Shown here one piece after another: positions 29,101-44,590 of a stretch of DNA of 64,000 nucleotides. This DNA is from Botryllus schlosseri (lineage: Eukaryota): NCBI GenBank assembly GCA_051294905.1, contig CM119371.1, positions 35,094,001 to 35,158,000 of the forward strand, given 5' to 3'. Under the pieces are notes generated by a model. It saw only the letters and a program-made list of their open reading frames with translations. It made no database searches and had not been told where the DNA came from. The first letter of the stretch is position 1. Each line of letters starts with the position of its first letter. The translations under genes were made by a program, and so were the position numbers.

Positions 29101-32100
29101 ATTGGCTAAAACTCGGTTCGATTATGCTTTGGGACAAGCCTCGACTCCTGCACGTGGTTAAAAGTGGAGCACTTGTAAATAATAGAAATATCGGCGTCTT
29201 TAATCCGAGAGCTATACGTGTAATTTTGCGAAAGACGTTGGCCAGGTGATGATACTCGCGCAATTTCTCTGAAAAGTAGAGATGAAATTCGACTCGAACT
29301 AGACGGTAGAATTGGCTAAAACTAGGTTCGATTATGCTTTGGGACAAGACTCGACTCCTGTACGTGGTTAAAAGTGGAGGACTTGTCTATAACAGAAATA
29401 TCGGCGTCTTTAATCCGAGAGCTATACGTGTAATTTTGCGAAAGACGTTGGTCAGGTGATGATACTCGCGCAATTTCTCTGAAAAGTAGAGATGAAATTC
29501 GACTCGAACTAGACGGTAGAATTGGCTAAAACTCGGTTCGATTATGCTTTGGGACAAGCCTCGACTCCTGTACGTGGTTAAAAGTGGAGCACTTGTCTAT
29601 GATGGAAATATCGGCGTCTTTAATCCGAGAGCTATACGTGTAACTTTGCGAAAGACGTTTGCCAGGTGATGATAATCGCGCAATTTCTCTGAAAAGTAGA
29701 GATGAAATTCGACTCGAACTAGACGGTAGAATTGGCTAAAACTCTGTTCGATTATGCTTTGGGACAAGCCTCGACTCCTGAACATGGTTAAAAGTGGAGC
29801 ACTTGTCTATGATAGAAATATCGGCGTCTTTAATCCGAGAGCTATACGTGTAATTTTGCGAAAGACGTTGGCCAGGTGATGATACTCGCGCAATTTCTCT
29901 GAAAAGTAGAGATGAAATTCGACTCGAACTAGACGGTAGAATTGGCTAAAACTAGGTTCGATTATGCTTTAGGACAAGACTCGACTCCTGTACGTGGTTA
30001 AAAGTGGAGCACTTGTCTATAATAGAAATATCGGCGTCTTTAATCCGAGAGCTATACGTGTAATTTTGCGAAAGACGTTGGCCAGGTGATGATACTCGCG
30101 CTATTTCTCTGAAAAGTAGAGATGAAATTCGACTCGAACTAGACGGAAGAATTGGCTAAAACTCGGTTCGATTATGCTTTGGGACAAATCTCGACTCCTG
30201 CACGTGGTTAAAAGTGGAGCACTTGTCAATAATAGAAATATCGGCGTCTTTAATCCGAGAGCTATACATGTAAATTTGCGAAAGACGTTGGCCAGGTGAT
30301 GATACTCGCGCAATTTCTCTGAAAAGTAGAGATGAAATTCGACTCGAACTAAACGGTAGAATTGGCTAAAACTAGGTTCGATTATGCTTTGGGACAAGAC
30401 TCGACTCCTGTACGTGGTTAAAAGTGGAGCACTTGTCTATAATAGAAATATCGGCGTCTTTAATCCGAGAGCTATACGTGTAATTTTGCGAAAGACGTTG
30501 GCCAGGTGATGATACTCGCGCTATTTCTCTGAAAAGTAGAGATGAAATTACACTCGAACTAGACGGTAGAATTGGCTAAAACTAGGTTCGATTATGCTTT
30601 TGGACAAGCCTCGACTCCTGCACGTGGTTAAAAGTGGAGCACTTGTCAATAATAGAAATATCGGCGTCTTCAATCCGAGAGCTATACGTGTAACTTTGCG
30701 AAAGACGTTGGCCAGGTGTTGATACTCGCGCAATTTCTCTGAAAAGTAGAGATGAAATTCCACTCGAACTAGATGGTAGAATTGGCTAAAACTAGGTTCG
30801 ATTATGCTTTGGGACAAGACTCGACTCCTGTACGTGGTTAAAAGTGGAGCACTTGTCTTTAATAGAAATATCGGCGTCTTTAATCCGAGAGCTATACGTG
30901 TAATTTTGCGAAAGACGTTAACCAAGTGATGATACTCGCGCAATTTCTCTGAAAAGTAGAGATGAAATTCGACTCGAACTAGACGGAAGAATTGGCTAAA
31001 ACTCGGTTCGATTATGCTTTGGGACAAATCTCGACTCCTGCACGTGGTTAAAAGTGGAGCACTTGTCAATAATAGAAATATCGGCGTCTTTAATCCGAGA
31101 GCTATACGTGTAATTTTGCGAAAGACGTTGGCCAGGTGATGATACTCGCGCTATTTCTCTGAAAAGTAGAGATGAAATTCGACTCGAACTAAACGGTAGA
31201 ATTGGCTAAAACTAGGTTCGATTATGCTTTGGGACAAGACTCGACTCCTGTACGTGGTTAAAAGTGGAGCACTTGTCTATAATAGAAATATCGGCGTCTT
31301 TAATCCGAGAGCTATACGTGTAATTTTGCGAAAGACGTTGGCCAGGTGATGATACTCGCGCTATTTCTCTGAAAAGTAGAGATGAAATTACACTCGAACT
31401 AGACGGTAGAATTGGCTAAAACTCGGTTCGATTATGCTTTTGGACAAGCCTCGACTCCTGCACGTGGTTAAAAGTGGAGCACTTGTCAATAATAGAAATA
31501 TCGGCGTCTTTAATCCGAGAGCTATACGTGTAATTTTGCGAAAGACGTTGGCCAGGTGATGATACTCGCGCTATTTCTCTGAAAAGTAGAGATGAAATTC
31601 GACTCGAACTAGACTGAAGAATTGGCTAAAACTCGGTTCGATTATGCTTTGGGACAAATCTCGACTCCTGCACGTGGTTAAAAGTGGAGCACTTGTCAAT
31701 AATAGAAATATCGGCGTCTTTAATCCGAGAGCTATACGTGTAATTTTGCGAAAGACGTTGGCCAGGTGATGATACTCGCGCTATTTCTCTGAAAAGTAGA
31801 GATGAAATTCGACTCGAACTAGACGGTAGAATTGGCTAAAACTCGGTTCGATTATGCTTTGGGACAAGCCTCGACTCCTGTTCGTGGTTAAAAGTGGAGC
31901 ACTTGACTATAATAGAAATATCGGCGTCTTTAATCCGAGAGCTATACGTGTAATTTGGCGAAAGACGTTGGCCAGGTGATGATACTCGCGCTATTTCTCT
32001 GAAAAGTAGAGATGAAATTCGACTCGAACTAGACGGTAGAATTGGCTAAAACTCGGTTCGATTATGCTTTGGGACAAGCCTCGACTCCTGCACGTGGTTA

Positions 32101-35100
32101 AAAGTGGAGCACTTGTAAATAATAGAAATATCGGCGTCTTTAATCCGAGAGCTATACGTGTAATTTTGCGAAAGACGTTGGCCAGGTGATGATACTCGCG
32201 CAATTTCTCTGAAAAGTAGAGATGAAATTCGACTCGAACTAGACGGTAGAATTGGCTAAAACTAGGTTCGATTATGCTTTGGGACAAGACTCGACTCCTG
32301 TACGTGGTTAAAAGTGGAGGACTTGTCTATAATAGAAATATCGGCGTCTTTAATCCGAGAGCTATACGTGTAATTTTGCGAAAGACGTTGGTCAGGTGAT
32401 GATACTCGCGCAATTTCTCTGAAAAGTAGAGATGAAATTCGACTCGAACTAGACGGTAGAATTGGCTAAAACTCGGTTCGATTATGCTTTGGGACAAGCC
32501 TCGACTCCTGTACGTGGTTAAATGTGGAGCACTTGTCTATGATGGAAATATCGGCGTCTTTAATCCGAGAGCTATACGTGTAACTTTGCGAAAGACGTTT
32601 GCCAGGTGATGATAATCGCGCTATTTCTCTGAAAAGTAGAGATGAAATTAGACTCGAACTAGACGGTAGAATTGGCTAAAACTCGGTTCGATTATGCTTT
32701 GGGACAAGCCTCGACTCCTGAACATGGTTAAAAGTGGAGCACTTGTCTATGATAGAAATATCGGCGTCTTTAATCCGAGAGCTATACGTGTAATTTTGCG
32801 AAAGACGTTGGCCAGGTGATGATACTCGCGCAATTTCTCTGAAAAGTAGAGATGAAATTCGACTCGAACTAGACGGTAGAATTGGCTAAAACTAGGTTCG
32901 ATTATGCTTTAGGACAAGACTCGACTCCTGTACGTGGTTAAAAGTGGAGCACTTGTCTATAATAGAATTATCGGCGTCTTTAATCCGAGAGCTATACGTG
33001 TAATTTTGCGAAAGACGTTGGCCAGGTGATGATACTCGCGCTATTTCTCTGAAAAGTAGAGATGAAATTCGACTCGAACTAGACGGAAAAATTGGCTAAA
33101 ACTCGGTTCGATTATGCTTTGGGACAAATCTCGACTCCTGCACGTGGTTAAAAGTGGAGCACTTGTCAATAATAGAAATATCGGCGTCTTTAATCCGAGA
33201 GCTATACGTGTAATTTTGCGAAAGACGTTGGCCAGGTGATGATACTCGCGCTATTTCTCTGAAAAGTAGAGATGAAATTCGACTCGAACTAAACGGTAGA
33301 ATTGGCTAAAACTAGGTTCGATTATGCTTTGGGACAAGACTCGACTCCTGTACGTGGTTAAAAGTGGAGCACTTGTCTATAATAGAAATATCGGCGTCTT
33401 TAATCCGAGAGCTATACGTGTAATTTTGCGAAAGACGTTGGCCAGGTGATGATACTCGCGCTATTTCTCTGAAAAGTAGAGATGAAATTACACTCGAACT
33501 AGACGGTAGAATTGGCTAAAACTCGGTTCGATTATGCTTTTGGACAAGCCTCGACTCCTGCACGTGGTTAAAAGTGGAGCACTTGTCAATAATAGAAATA
33601 TCGGCGTCTTTAATCCGAGAGCTATACGTGTAATTTTGCGAAAGACGTTGGCCAGGTGATGATACTCGCGCTATTTCTCTGAAAAGTAGAGATGAAATTC
33701 GACTCGAACTAGACTGAAGAATTGGCTAAAACTCGGTTCGATTATGCTTTGGGACAAATCTCGACTCCTGCACGTGGTTAAAAGTGGAGCACTTGTCAAT
33801 AATAGAAATATCGGCGTCTTTAATCCGAGAGCTATACGTGTAATTTTGCGAAAGACGTTGGCCAGGTGATGATACTCGCGCTATTTCTCTGAAAAGTAGA
33901 GATGAAATTCGACTCGAACTAGACGGTAGAATTGGCTAAAACTCGGTTCGATTATGCTTTGGGACAAGCCTCGACTCCTGTTCGTGGTTAAAAGTGGAGC
34001 ACTTGACAATAATAGAAATATCGGCGTCTTTAATCCGAGAGCTATACGTGTAATTTGGCGAAAGACGTTGGCCAGGTGATGATACTCGCGCTATTTCTCT
34101 GAAAAGTAGAGATGAAATTCGACTCGAACTAGACGGTAGAATTGGCTAAAACTCGGTTCGATTATGCTTTGGGACAAGCCTCGACTCCTGCACGTGGTTA
34201 AAAGTGGAGCACTTGTAAATAATAGAAATATCGGCGTCTTTAATCCGAGAGCTATACGTGTAATTTTGCGAAAGACGTTGGCCAGGTGATGATACTCGCG
34301 CAATTTCTCTGAAAAGTAGAGATGAAATTCGACTCGAACTAGACGGTAGAATTGGCTAAAACTAGGTTCGATTATGCTTTGGGACAAGACTCGACTCCTG
34401 TACGTGGTTAAAAGTGGAGGACTTGTCTATAATAGAAATATCGGCGTCTTTAATCCGAGAGCTATACGTGTAATTTTGCGAAAGACGTTGGTCAGGTGAT
34501 GATACTCACGCAATTTCTCTGAAAAGTAGAGATGAAATTCGACTCGAACTAGACGGTAGAATTGGCTAAAACTCGGTTCGATTATGCTTTGGGACAAGCC
34601 TCGACTCCTGTACGTGGTTAAATGTGGAGCACTTGTCTATGATGGAAATATCGGCGTCTTTAATCCGAGAGCTATACGTGTAACTTTGCGAAAGACGTTT
34701 GCCAGGTGATGATAATCGCGCTATTTCTCTGAAAAGTAGAGATGAAATTAGACTCGAACTAGACGGTAGAATTGGCTAAAACTCGGTTCGATTATGCTTT
34801 GGGACAAGCCTCGACTCCTGAACATGGTTAAAAGTGGAGCACTTGTCTATGATAGAAATATCGGCGTCTTTAATCCGAGAGCTATACGTGTAATTTTGCG
34901 AAAGACGTTGGCCAGGTGATGATACTCGCGCAATTTCTCTGAAAAGTAGAGATGAAATTCGACTCAAACTAGACGGTAGAATTGGCTAAAACTAGGTTCG
35001 ATTATGCTTTAGGACAAGACTCGACTCCTGTACGTGGTTAAAAGTGGAGCACTTGTCTATAATAGAATTATCGGCGTCTTTAATCCGAGAGCTATACGTG

Positions 35101-37120
35101 TAATTTTGCGAAAGACGTTGGCCAGGTGATGATACTCGCGCTATTTCTCTGAAAAGTAGAGATGAAATTCGACTCGAACTAGACGGAAAAATTGGCTAAA
35201 ACTCGGTTCGATTATGCTTTGGGACAAATCTCGACTCCTGCACGTGGTTAAAAGTGGAGCACTTGTCAATAATAGAAATATCGGCGTCTTTAATCCGAGA
35301 GCTATACGTGTAATTTTGCGAAAGACGTTGGCCAGGTGATGATACTCGCGCTATTTCTCTGAAAAGTAGAGATGAAATTCGACTCGAACTAAACGGTAGA
35401 ATTGGCTAAAACTAGGTTCGATTATGCTTTGGGACAAGACTCGACTCCTGTACGTGGTTAAAAGTGGAGCACTTGTCTATAATAGAAATATCGGCGTCTT
35501 TAATCCGAGAGCTATACGTGTAATTTTGCGAAAGACGTTGGCCAGGTGATGATACTCGCGCTATTTCTCTGAAAAGTAGAGATGAAATTACACTCGAACT
35601 AGACGGTAGAATTGGCTAAAACTCGGTTCGATTATGCTTTTGGACAAGCCTCGACTCCTGCACGTGGTTAAAAGTGGAGCACTTGTCAATAATAGAAATA
35701 TCGGCGTCTTTAATCCGAGAGCTATACGTGTAATTTTGCGAAAGACGTTGGCCAGGTGATGATACTCGCGCTATTTCTCTGAAAAGTAGAGATGAAATTC
35801 GACTCGAACTAGACTGAAGAATTGGCTAAAACTCGGTTCGATTATGCTTTGGGACAAATCTCGACTCCTGCACGTGGTTAAAAGTGGAGCACTTGTCAAT
35901 AATAGAAATATCGGCGTCTTTAATCCGAGAGCTATACGTGTAATTTGGCGAAAGACGTTTGCCAGGTGATGATAATCGCGCAATTTCTCTGAAAAGTAGA
36001 GATGAAATTCGACTCGAACTAGACGGTAGAATTGGCTAAAACTCTGTTCGATTATGCTTTGGGACAAGCCTCGACTCCTGCACGTGGTTAAAAGTGGAGC
36101 ACTTGTCAATAATAGAAATATCGGCGTCTTTAATCCGAGAGCTATACGTGTAATTTTGCGAAAGACGTTGGCCAGGTGATGATACTCGCGCTATTTCTCT
36201 GAAAAGTAGAGATGAAATTCGACTCGAACTAAACGGTAGAATTGGCTAAAACTAGGTTCGATTATGCTTTGGGACAAGACTCGACTTCTGTACGTGGTTA
36301 AAAGTGGAGCACTTGTCTATAATAGAAATATCGGCGTCTTTAATCCGAGAGCTATACGTGTAATTTTGCGAAAGACGTTGGCCAGGTGATGATACTCGCG
36401 CTATTTCTCTGAAAAGTAGAGATGAAATTACACTCGAACTAGACGGTAGAATTGGCTAAAACTCGGTTCGATTATGCTTTTGAACAAGCCTCGACTCCTG
36501 CACGTGGTTAAAAGTGGAGCACTTGTCAATAATAGAAATATCGGCGTCTTTAATCCGAGAGCTATACGTGTAATTTTGCGAAAGACGTTGGCCAGGTGAT
36601 GATACTCGCGCTATTTCTCTGAAAAGTAGAGATGAAATTCGACTCGAACTAGACTGAAGAATTGGCTAAAACTCGGTTCGATTATGCTTTGGGACAAATC
36701 TCGACTCCTGCACGTGGTTAAAAGTGGAGCACTTGTCAATAATAGAAATATCGGCGTCTTTAATCCGAGAGCTATACGTGTAATTTTGCGAAAGACGTTG
36801 GCCAGGTGATGATACTCGCGCTATTTCTCTGAAAAGTAGAGATGAAATTCGACTCGAACTAGACGGTAGAATTGGCTAAAACTCGGTTCGATTATGCTTT
36901 GGGACAAGCCTCGACTCCTGTTCGTGGTTAAAAGTGGAGCACTTGACAATAATAGAAATATCGGCGTCTTTAATCCGAGAGCTATACGTGTAATTTGGCG
37001 AAAGACGTTGGCCAGGTGATGATACTCGCGCTATTTCTCTGAAAAGTAGAGATGAAATTCGACTCGAACTAGACGGTAGAATTGGCTAAAACTCGGTTCG
37101 ATTATGCTTTGGGACAAGCC

Positions 37121-40100
37121 TCGACTCCTGCACGTGGTTAAAAGTGGAGCACTTGTAAATAATAGAAATATCGGCGTCTTTAATCCGAGAGCTATACGTG
37201 TAATTTTGCGAAAGACGTTGGCCAGGTGATGATACTCGCGCAATTTCTCTGAAAAGTAGAGATGAAATTCGACTCGAACTAGACGGTAGAATTGGCTAAA
37301 ACTAGGTTCGATTATGCTTTGGGACAAGACTCGACTCCTGTACGTGGTTAAAAGTGGAGGACTTGTCTATAACAGAAATATCGGCGTCTTTAATCCGAGA
37401 GCTATACGTGTAATTTTGCGAAAGACGTTGGTCAGGTGATGATACTCGCGCAATTTCTCTGAAAAGTAGAGATGAAATTCGACTCGAACTAGACGGTAGA
37501 ATTGGCTAAAACTCGGTTCGATTATGCTTTGGGACAAGCCTCGACTCCTGTACGTGGTTAAAAGTGGAGCACTTGTCTATGATGGAAATATCGGCGTCTT
37601 TAATCCGAGAGCTATACGTGTAACTTTGCGAAAGACGTTTGCCAGGTGATGATAATCGCGCAATTTCTCTGAAAAGTAGAGATGAAATTCGACTCGAACT
37701 AGACGGTAGAATTGGCTAAAACTCTGTTCGATTATGCTTTGGGACAAGCCTCGACTCCTGAACATGGTTAAAAGTGGAGCACTTGTCTATGATAGAAATA
37801 TCGGCGTCTTTAATCCGAGAGCTATACGTGTAATTTTGCGAAAGACGTTGGCCAGGTGATGATACTCGCGCAATTTCTCTGAAAAGTAGAGATGAAATTC
37901 GACTCGAACTAGACGGTAGAATTGGCTAAAACTAGGTTCGATTATGCTTTAGGACAAGACTCGACTCCTGTACGTGGTTAAAAGTGGAGCACTTGTCTAT
38001 AATAGAAATATCGGCGTCTTTAATCCGAGAGCTATACGTGTAATTTTGCGAAAGACGTTGGCCAGGTGATGATACTCGCGCTATTTCTCTGAAAAGTAGA
38101 GATGAAATTCGACTCGAACTAGACGGAAGAATTGGCTAAAACTCGGTTCGATTATGCTTTGGGACAAATCTCGACTCCTGCACGTGGTTAAAAGTGGAGC
38201 ACTTGTCAATAATAGAAATATCGGCGTCTTTAATCCGAGAGCTATACATGTAAATTTGCGAAAGACGTTGGCCAGGTGATGATACTCGCGCAATTTCTCT
38301 GAAAAGTAGAGATGAAATTCGACTCGAACTAAACGGTAGAATTGGCTAAAACTAGGTTCGATTATGCTTTGGGACAAGACTCGACTCCTGTACGTGGTTA
38401 AAAGTGGAGCACTTGTCTATAATAGAAATATCGGCGTCTTTAATCCGAGAGCTATACGTGTAATTTTGCGAAAGACGTTGGCCAGGTGATGATACTCGCG
38501 CTATTTCTCTGAAAAGTAGAGATGAAATTACACTCGAACTAGACGGTAGAATTGGCTAAAACTAGGTTCGATTATGCTTTTGGACAAGCCTCGACTCCTG
38601 CACGTGGTTAAAAGTGGAGCACTTGTCAATAATAGAAATATCGGCGTCTTCAATCCGAGAGCTATACGTGTAACTTTGCGAAAGACGTTGGCCAGGTGTT
38701 GATACTCGCGCAATTTCTCTGAAAAGTAGAGATGAAATTCCACTCGAACTAGATGGTAGAATTGGCTAAAACTAGGTTCGATTATGCTTTGGGACAAGAC
38801 TCGACTCCTGTACGTGGTTAAAAGTGGAGCACTTGTCTTTAATAGAAATATCGGCGTCTTTAATCCGAGAGCTATACGTGTAATTTTGCGAAAGACGTTA
38901 ACCAAGTGATGATACTCGCGCAATTTCTCTGAAAAGTAGAGATGAAATTCGACTCGAACTAGACGGTAGAATTGGCTAAAACTCGGTTCGATTATGCTTT
39001 GGGACAAGCCTCGACTCCTGTTCGTGGTTAAAAGTGGAGCACTTGACTATAATAGAAATATCGGCGTCTTTAATCCGAGAGCTATACGTGTAATTTGGCG
39101 AAAGACGTTGGCCAGGTGATGATACTCGCGCTATTTCTCTGAAAAGTAGAGATGAAATTCGACTCGAACTAGACGGTAGAATTGGCTAAAACTCGGTTCG
39201 ATTATGCTTTGGGACAAGCCTCGACTCCTGCACGTGGTTAAAAGTGGAGCACTTGTAAATAATAGAAATATCGGCGTCTTTAATCCGAGAGCTATACGTG
39301 TAATTTTGCGAAAGACGTTGGCCAGGTGATGATACTCGCGCAATTTCTCTGAAAAGTAGAGATGAAATTCGACTCGAACTAGACGGTAGAATTGGCTAAA
39401 ACTAGGTTCGATTATGCTTTGGGACAAGACTCGACTCCTGTACGTGGTTAAAAGTGGAGGACTTGTCTATAATAGAAATATCGGCGTCTTTAATCCGAGA
39501 GCTATACGTGTAATTTTGCGAAAGACGTTGGTCAGGTGATGATACTCGCGCAATTTCTCTGAAAAGTAGAGATGAAATTCGACTCGAACTAGACGGTAGA
39601 ATTGGCTAAAACTCGGTTCGATTATGCTTTGGGACAAGCCTCGACTCCTGTACGTGGTTAAAAGTGGAGCACTTGTCTATGATGGAAATATCGGCGTCTT
39701 TAATCCGAGAGCTATACGTGTAACTTTGCGAAAGACGTTTGCCAGGTGATGATAATCGCGCAATTTCTCTGAAAAGTAGAGATGAAATTCGACTCGAACT
39801 AGACGGTAGAATTGGCTAAAACTCGGTTCGATTATGCTTTGGGACAAGCCTCGACTCCTGAACATGGTTAAAAGTGGAGCACTTGTCTGTGATAGAAATA
39901 TCGGCGTCTTTAATCCGAGAGCTATACGTGTAATTTTGCGAAAGACGTTGGCCAGGTGATGATACTCGCGCAATTTCTCTGAAAAGTAGAGATGAAATTC
40001 GACTCGAACTAGACGGTAGAATTGGCTAAAACTAGGTTCGATTATGCTTTAGGACAAGACTCGACTCCTGTACGTGGTTAAAAGTGGAGCACTTGTCTAT

Positions 40101-43100
40101 AATAGAAATATCGGCGTCTTTAATCCGAGAGCTATACGTGTAATTTTGCGAAAGACGTTGGCCAGGTGATGATACTCGCGCTATTTCTCTGAAAAGTAGA
40201 GATGAAATTCGACTCGAACTAGACGGAAGAATTGGCTAAAACTCGGTTCGATTATGCTTTGGGACAAATCTCGACTCCTGCACGTGGTTAAAAGTGGAGC
40301 ACTTGTCAATAATAGAAATATCGGCGTCTTTAATCCGAGAGCTATACGTGTAATTTTGCGAAAGACGTTGACCAGGTGATGATACTCGCGCAATTTCTCT
40401 GAAAAGTAGAGATGAAATTCGACTCGAACTAAACGGTAGAATTGGCTAAAACTAGGTTCGATTATGCTTTGGGACAAGACTCGACTCCTGTACGTGGTTA
40501 AAAGTGGAGCACTTGTCTATAATAGAAATATCGGCGTCTTTAATCCGAGAGCTATACGTGTAATTTTGCGAAAGACGTTGGCCAGGTGATGATACTCGCG
40601 CTATTTCTCTGAAAAGTAGAGATGAAATTCGACTCGAACTAGACGGTAGAATTGGCTAAAACTCGGTTCGATTATGCTTTTGGACAAGCCTCGACTCCTG
40701 CACGTGGTTAAAAGTGGAGCACTTGTCAATAATAGAAATATCGGCGTCTTTAATCCGAGAGCTATACGTGTAATTTTGCGAAAGACGTTGGCCAGGTGAT
40801 GATACTCGCGCTATTTCTCTGAAAAGTAGAGATGAAATTCGACTCGAACTAGACGGAAGAATTGGCTAAAACTCGGTTCGATTATGCTTTGGGACAAATC
40901 TCGACTCCTGCACGTGGTTAAAAGTGGAGCACTTGTAAATAATAGAAATATCGGCATCTTTAATCCGAGAGCTATACGTGTAATTTTGCGAAAGACGTTG
41001 GCCAGGTGATGATACTCGCGCAATTTCTCTGAAAAGTAGAGATGAAATTCGACTCGAACTAGACGGTAGAATTGGCTAAAACTAGGTTCGATTATGCTTT
41101 GGGACAAGACTCGACTCCTGTACGTGGTTAAAAGTGGAGGACTTGTCTATAACAGAAATATCGGCGTCTTTAATCCGAGAGCTATACGTGTAATTTTGCG
41201 AAAGACGTTGGTCAGGTGATGATACTCGCGCAATTTCTCTGAAAAGTAGAGATGAAATTCGACTCGAACTAGACGGTAGAATTGGCTAAAACTCGGTTCG
41301 ATTATGCTTTGGGACAAGCCTCGACTCCTGTACGTGGTTAAAAGTGGAGCACTTGTCTATGATGGAAATATCGGCGTCTTTAATCCGAGAGCTATACGTG
41401 TAACTTTGCGAAAGACGTTTGCCAGGTGATGATAATCGCGCAATTTCTCTGAAAAGTAGAGATGAAATTCGACTCGAACTAGACGGTAGAATTGGCTAAA
41501 ACTCTGTTCGATTATGCTTTGGGACAAGCCTCGACTCCTGAACATGGTTAAAAGTGGAGCACTTGTCTATGATAGAAATATCGGCGTCTTTAATCCGAGA
41601 GCTATACGTGTAATTTTGCGAAAGACGTTGGCCAGGTGATGATACTCGCGCAATTTCTCTGAAAAGTAGAGATGAAATTCGACTCGAACTAGACGGTAGA
41701 ATTGGCTAAAACTAGGTTCGATTATGCTTTAGGACAAGACTCGACTCCTGTACGTGGTTAAAAGTGGAGCACTTGTCTATAATAGAAATATCGGCGTCTT
41801 TAATCCGAGAGCTATACGTGTAATTTTGCGAAAGACGTTGGCCAGGTGATGATACTCGCGCTATTTCTCTGAAAAGTAGAGATGAAATTCGACTCGAACT
41901 AGACGGAAGAATTGGCTAAAACTCGGTTCGATTATGCTTTGGGACAAATCTCGACTCCTGCACGTGGTTAAAAGTGGAGCACTTGTCAATAATAGAAATA
42001 TCGGCGTCTTTAATCCGAGAGCTATACGTGTAAATTTGCGAAAGACGTTGGCCAGGTGATGATACTCGCGCAATTTCTCTGAAAAGTAGAGATGAAATTC
42101 GACTCGAACTAAACGGTAGAATTGGCTAAAACTAGGTTCGATTATGCTTTGGGACAAGACTCGACTCCTGTACGTGGTTAAAAGTGGAGCACTTGTCTAT
42201 AATAGAAATATCGGCGTCTTTAATCCGAGAGCTATACGTGTAATTTTGCGAAAGACGTTGGCCAGGTGATGATACTCGCGCTATTTCTCTGAAAAGTAGA
42301 GATGAAATTACACTCGAACTAGACGGTAGAATTGGCTAAAACTAGGTTCGATTATGCTTTTGGACAAGCCTCGACTCCTGCACGTGGTTAAAAGTGGAGC
42401 ACTTGTCAATAATAGAAATATCGGCGTCTTCAATCCGAGAGCTATACGTGTAACTTTGCGAAAGACGTTGGCCAGGTGTTGATACTCGCGCAATTTCTCT
42501 GAAAAGTAGAGATGAAATTCCACTCGAACTAGATGGTAGAATTGGCTAAAACTAGGTTCGATTATGCTTTGGGACAAGACTCGACTCCTGTACGTGGTTA
42601 AAAGTGGAGCACTTGTCTTTAATAGAAATATCGGCGTCTTTAATCCGAGAGCTATACGTGTAATTTTGCGAAAGACGTTAACCAAGTGATGATACTCGCG
42701 CAATTTCTCTGAAAAGTAGAGATGAAATTCGACTCGAACTAGACGGTAGAATTGGCTAAAACTCGGTTCGATTATGCTTTGGGACAAGCCTCGACTCCTG
42801 TTCGTGGTTAAAAGTGGAGCACTTGACTATAATAGAAATATCGGCGTCTTTAATCCGAGAGCTATACGTGTAATTTGGCGAAAGACGTTGGCCAGGTGAT
42901 GATACTCGCGCTATTTCTCTGAAAAGTAGAGATGAAATTCGACTCGAACTAGACGGTAGAATTGGCTAAAACTCGGTTCGATTATGCTTTGGGACAAGCC
43001 TCGACTCCTGCACGTGGTTAAAAGTGGAGCACTTGTAAATAATAGAAATATCGGCGTCTTTAATCCGAGAGCTATACGTGTAATTTTGCGAAAGACGTTG

Positions 43101-44590
43101 GCCAGGTGATGATACTCGCGCAATTTCTCTGAAAAGTAGAGATGAAATTCGACTCGAACTAGACGGTAGAATTGGCTAAAACTAGGTTCGATTATGCTTT
43201 GGGACAAGACTCGACTCCTGTACGTGGTTAAAAGTGGAGGACTTGTCTATAATAGAAATATCGGCGTCTTTAATCCGAGAGCTATACGTGTAATTTTGCG
43301 AAAGACGTTGGTCAGGTGATGATACTCGCGCAATTTCTCTGAAAAGTAGAGATGAAATTCGACTCGAACTAGACGGTAGAATTGGCTAAAACTCGGTTCG
43401 ATTATGCTTTGGGACAAGCCTCGACTCCTGTACGTGGTTAAAAGTGGAGCACTTGTCTATGATGGAAATATCGGCGTCTTTAATCCGAGAGCTATACGTG
43501 TAACTTTGCGAAAGACGTTTGCCAGGTGATGATAATCGCGCAATTTCTCTGAAAAGTAGAGATGAAATTCGACTCGAACTAGACGGTAGAATTGGCTAAA
43601 ACTCGGTTCGATTATGCTTTGGGACAAGCCTCGACTCCTGAACATGGTTAAAAGTGGAGCACTTGTCTGTGATAGAAATATCGGCGTCTTTAATCCGAGA
43701 GCTATACGTGTAATTTTGCGAAAGACGTTGGCCAGGTGATGATACTCGCGCAATTTCTCTGAAAAGTAGAGATGAAATTCGACTCGAACTAGACGGTAGA
43801 ATTGGCTAAAACTAGGTTCGATTATGCTTTAGGACAAGACTCGACTCCTGTACGTGGTTAAAAGTGGAGCACTTGTCTATAATAGAAATATCGGCGTCTT
43901 TAATCCGAGAGCTATACGTGTAATTTTGCGAAAGACGTTGGCCAGGTGATGATACTCGCGCTATTTCTCTGAAAAGTAGAGATGAAATTCGACTCGAACT
44001 AGACGGAAGAATTGGCTAAAACTCGGTTCGATTATGCTTTGGGACAAATCTCGACTCCTGCACGTGGTTAAAAGTGGAGCACTTGTCAATAATAGAAATA
44101 TCGGCGTCTTTAATCCGAGAGCTATACGTGTAATTTTGCGAAAGACGTTGACCAGGTGATGATACTCGCGCAATTTCTCTGAAAAGTAGAGATGAAATTC
44201 GACTCGAACTAAACGGTAGAATTGGCTAAAACTAGGTTCGATTATGCTTTGGGACAAGACTCGACTCCTGTACGTGGTTAAAAGTGGAGCACTTGTCTAT
44301 AATAGAAATATCGGCGTCTTTAATCCGAGAGCTATACGTGTAATTTTGCGAAAGACGTTGGCCAGGTGATGATACTCGCGCTATTTCTCTGAAAAGTAGA
44401 GATGAAATTCGACTCGAACTAGACGGTAGAATTGGCTAAAACTCGGTTCGATTATGCTTTTGGACAAGCCTCGACTCCTGCACGTGGTTAAAAGTGGAGC
44501 ACTTGTCAATAATAGAAATATCGGCGTCTTTAATCCGAGAGCTATACGTGTAATTTTGCGAAAGACGTTGGCCAGGTGATGATACTCGCG
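37121..44590. repeat. Tandem duplication of an 18-monomer (3780 bp) block
   Basis: AACAGAAATA at 37371/41151, CAATCCGAGA at 38651/42431 and ACTTGTCTGT at 39881/43661 all show a 3780 offset. ORF pairs 38528/42308 and 39677/43457 agree. Confidence 0.9.
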
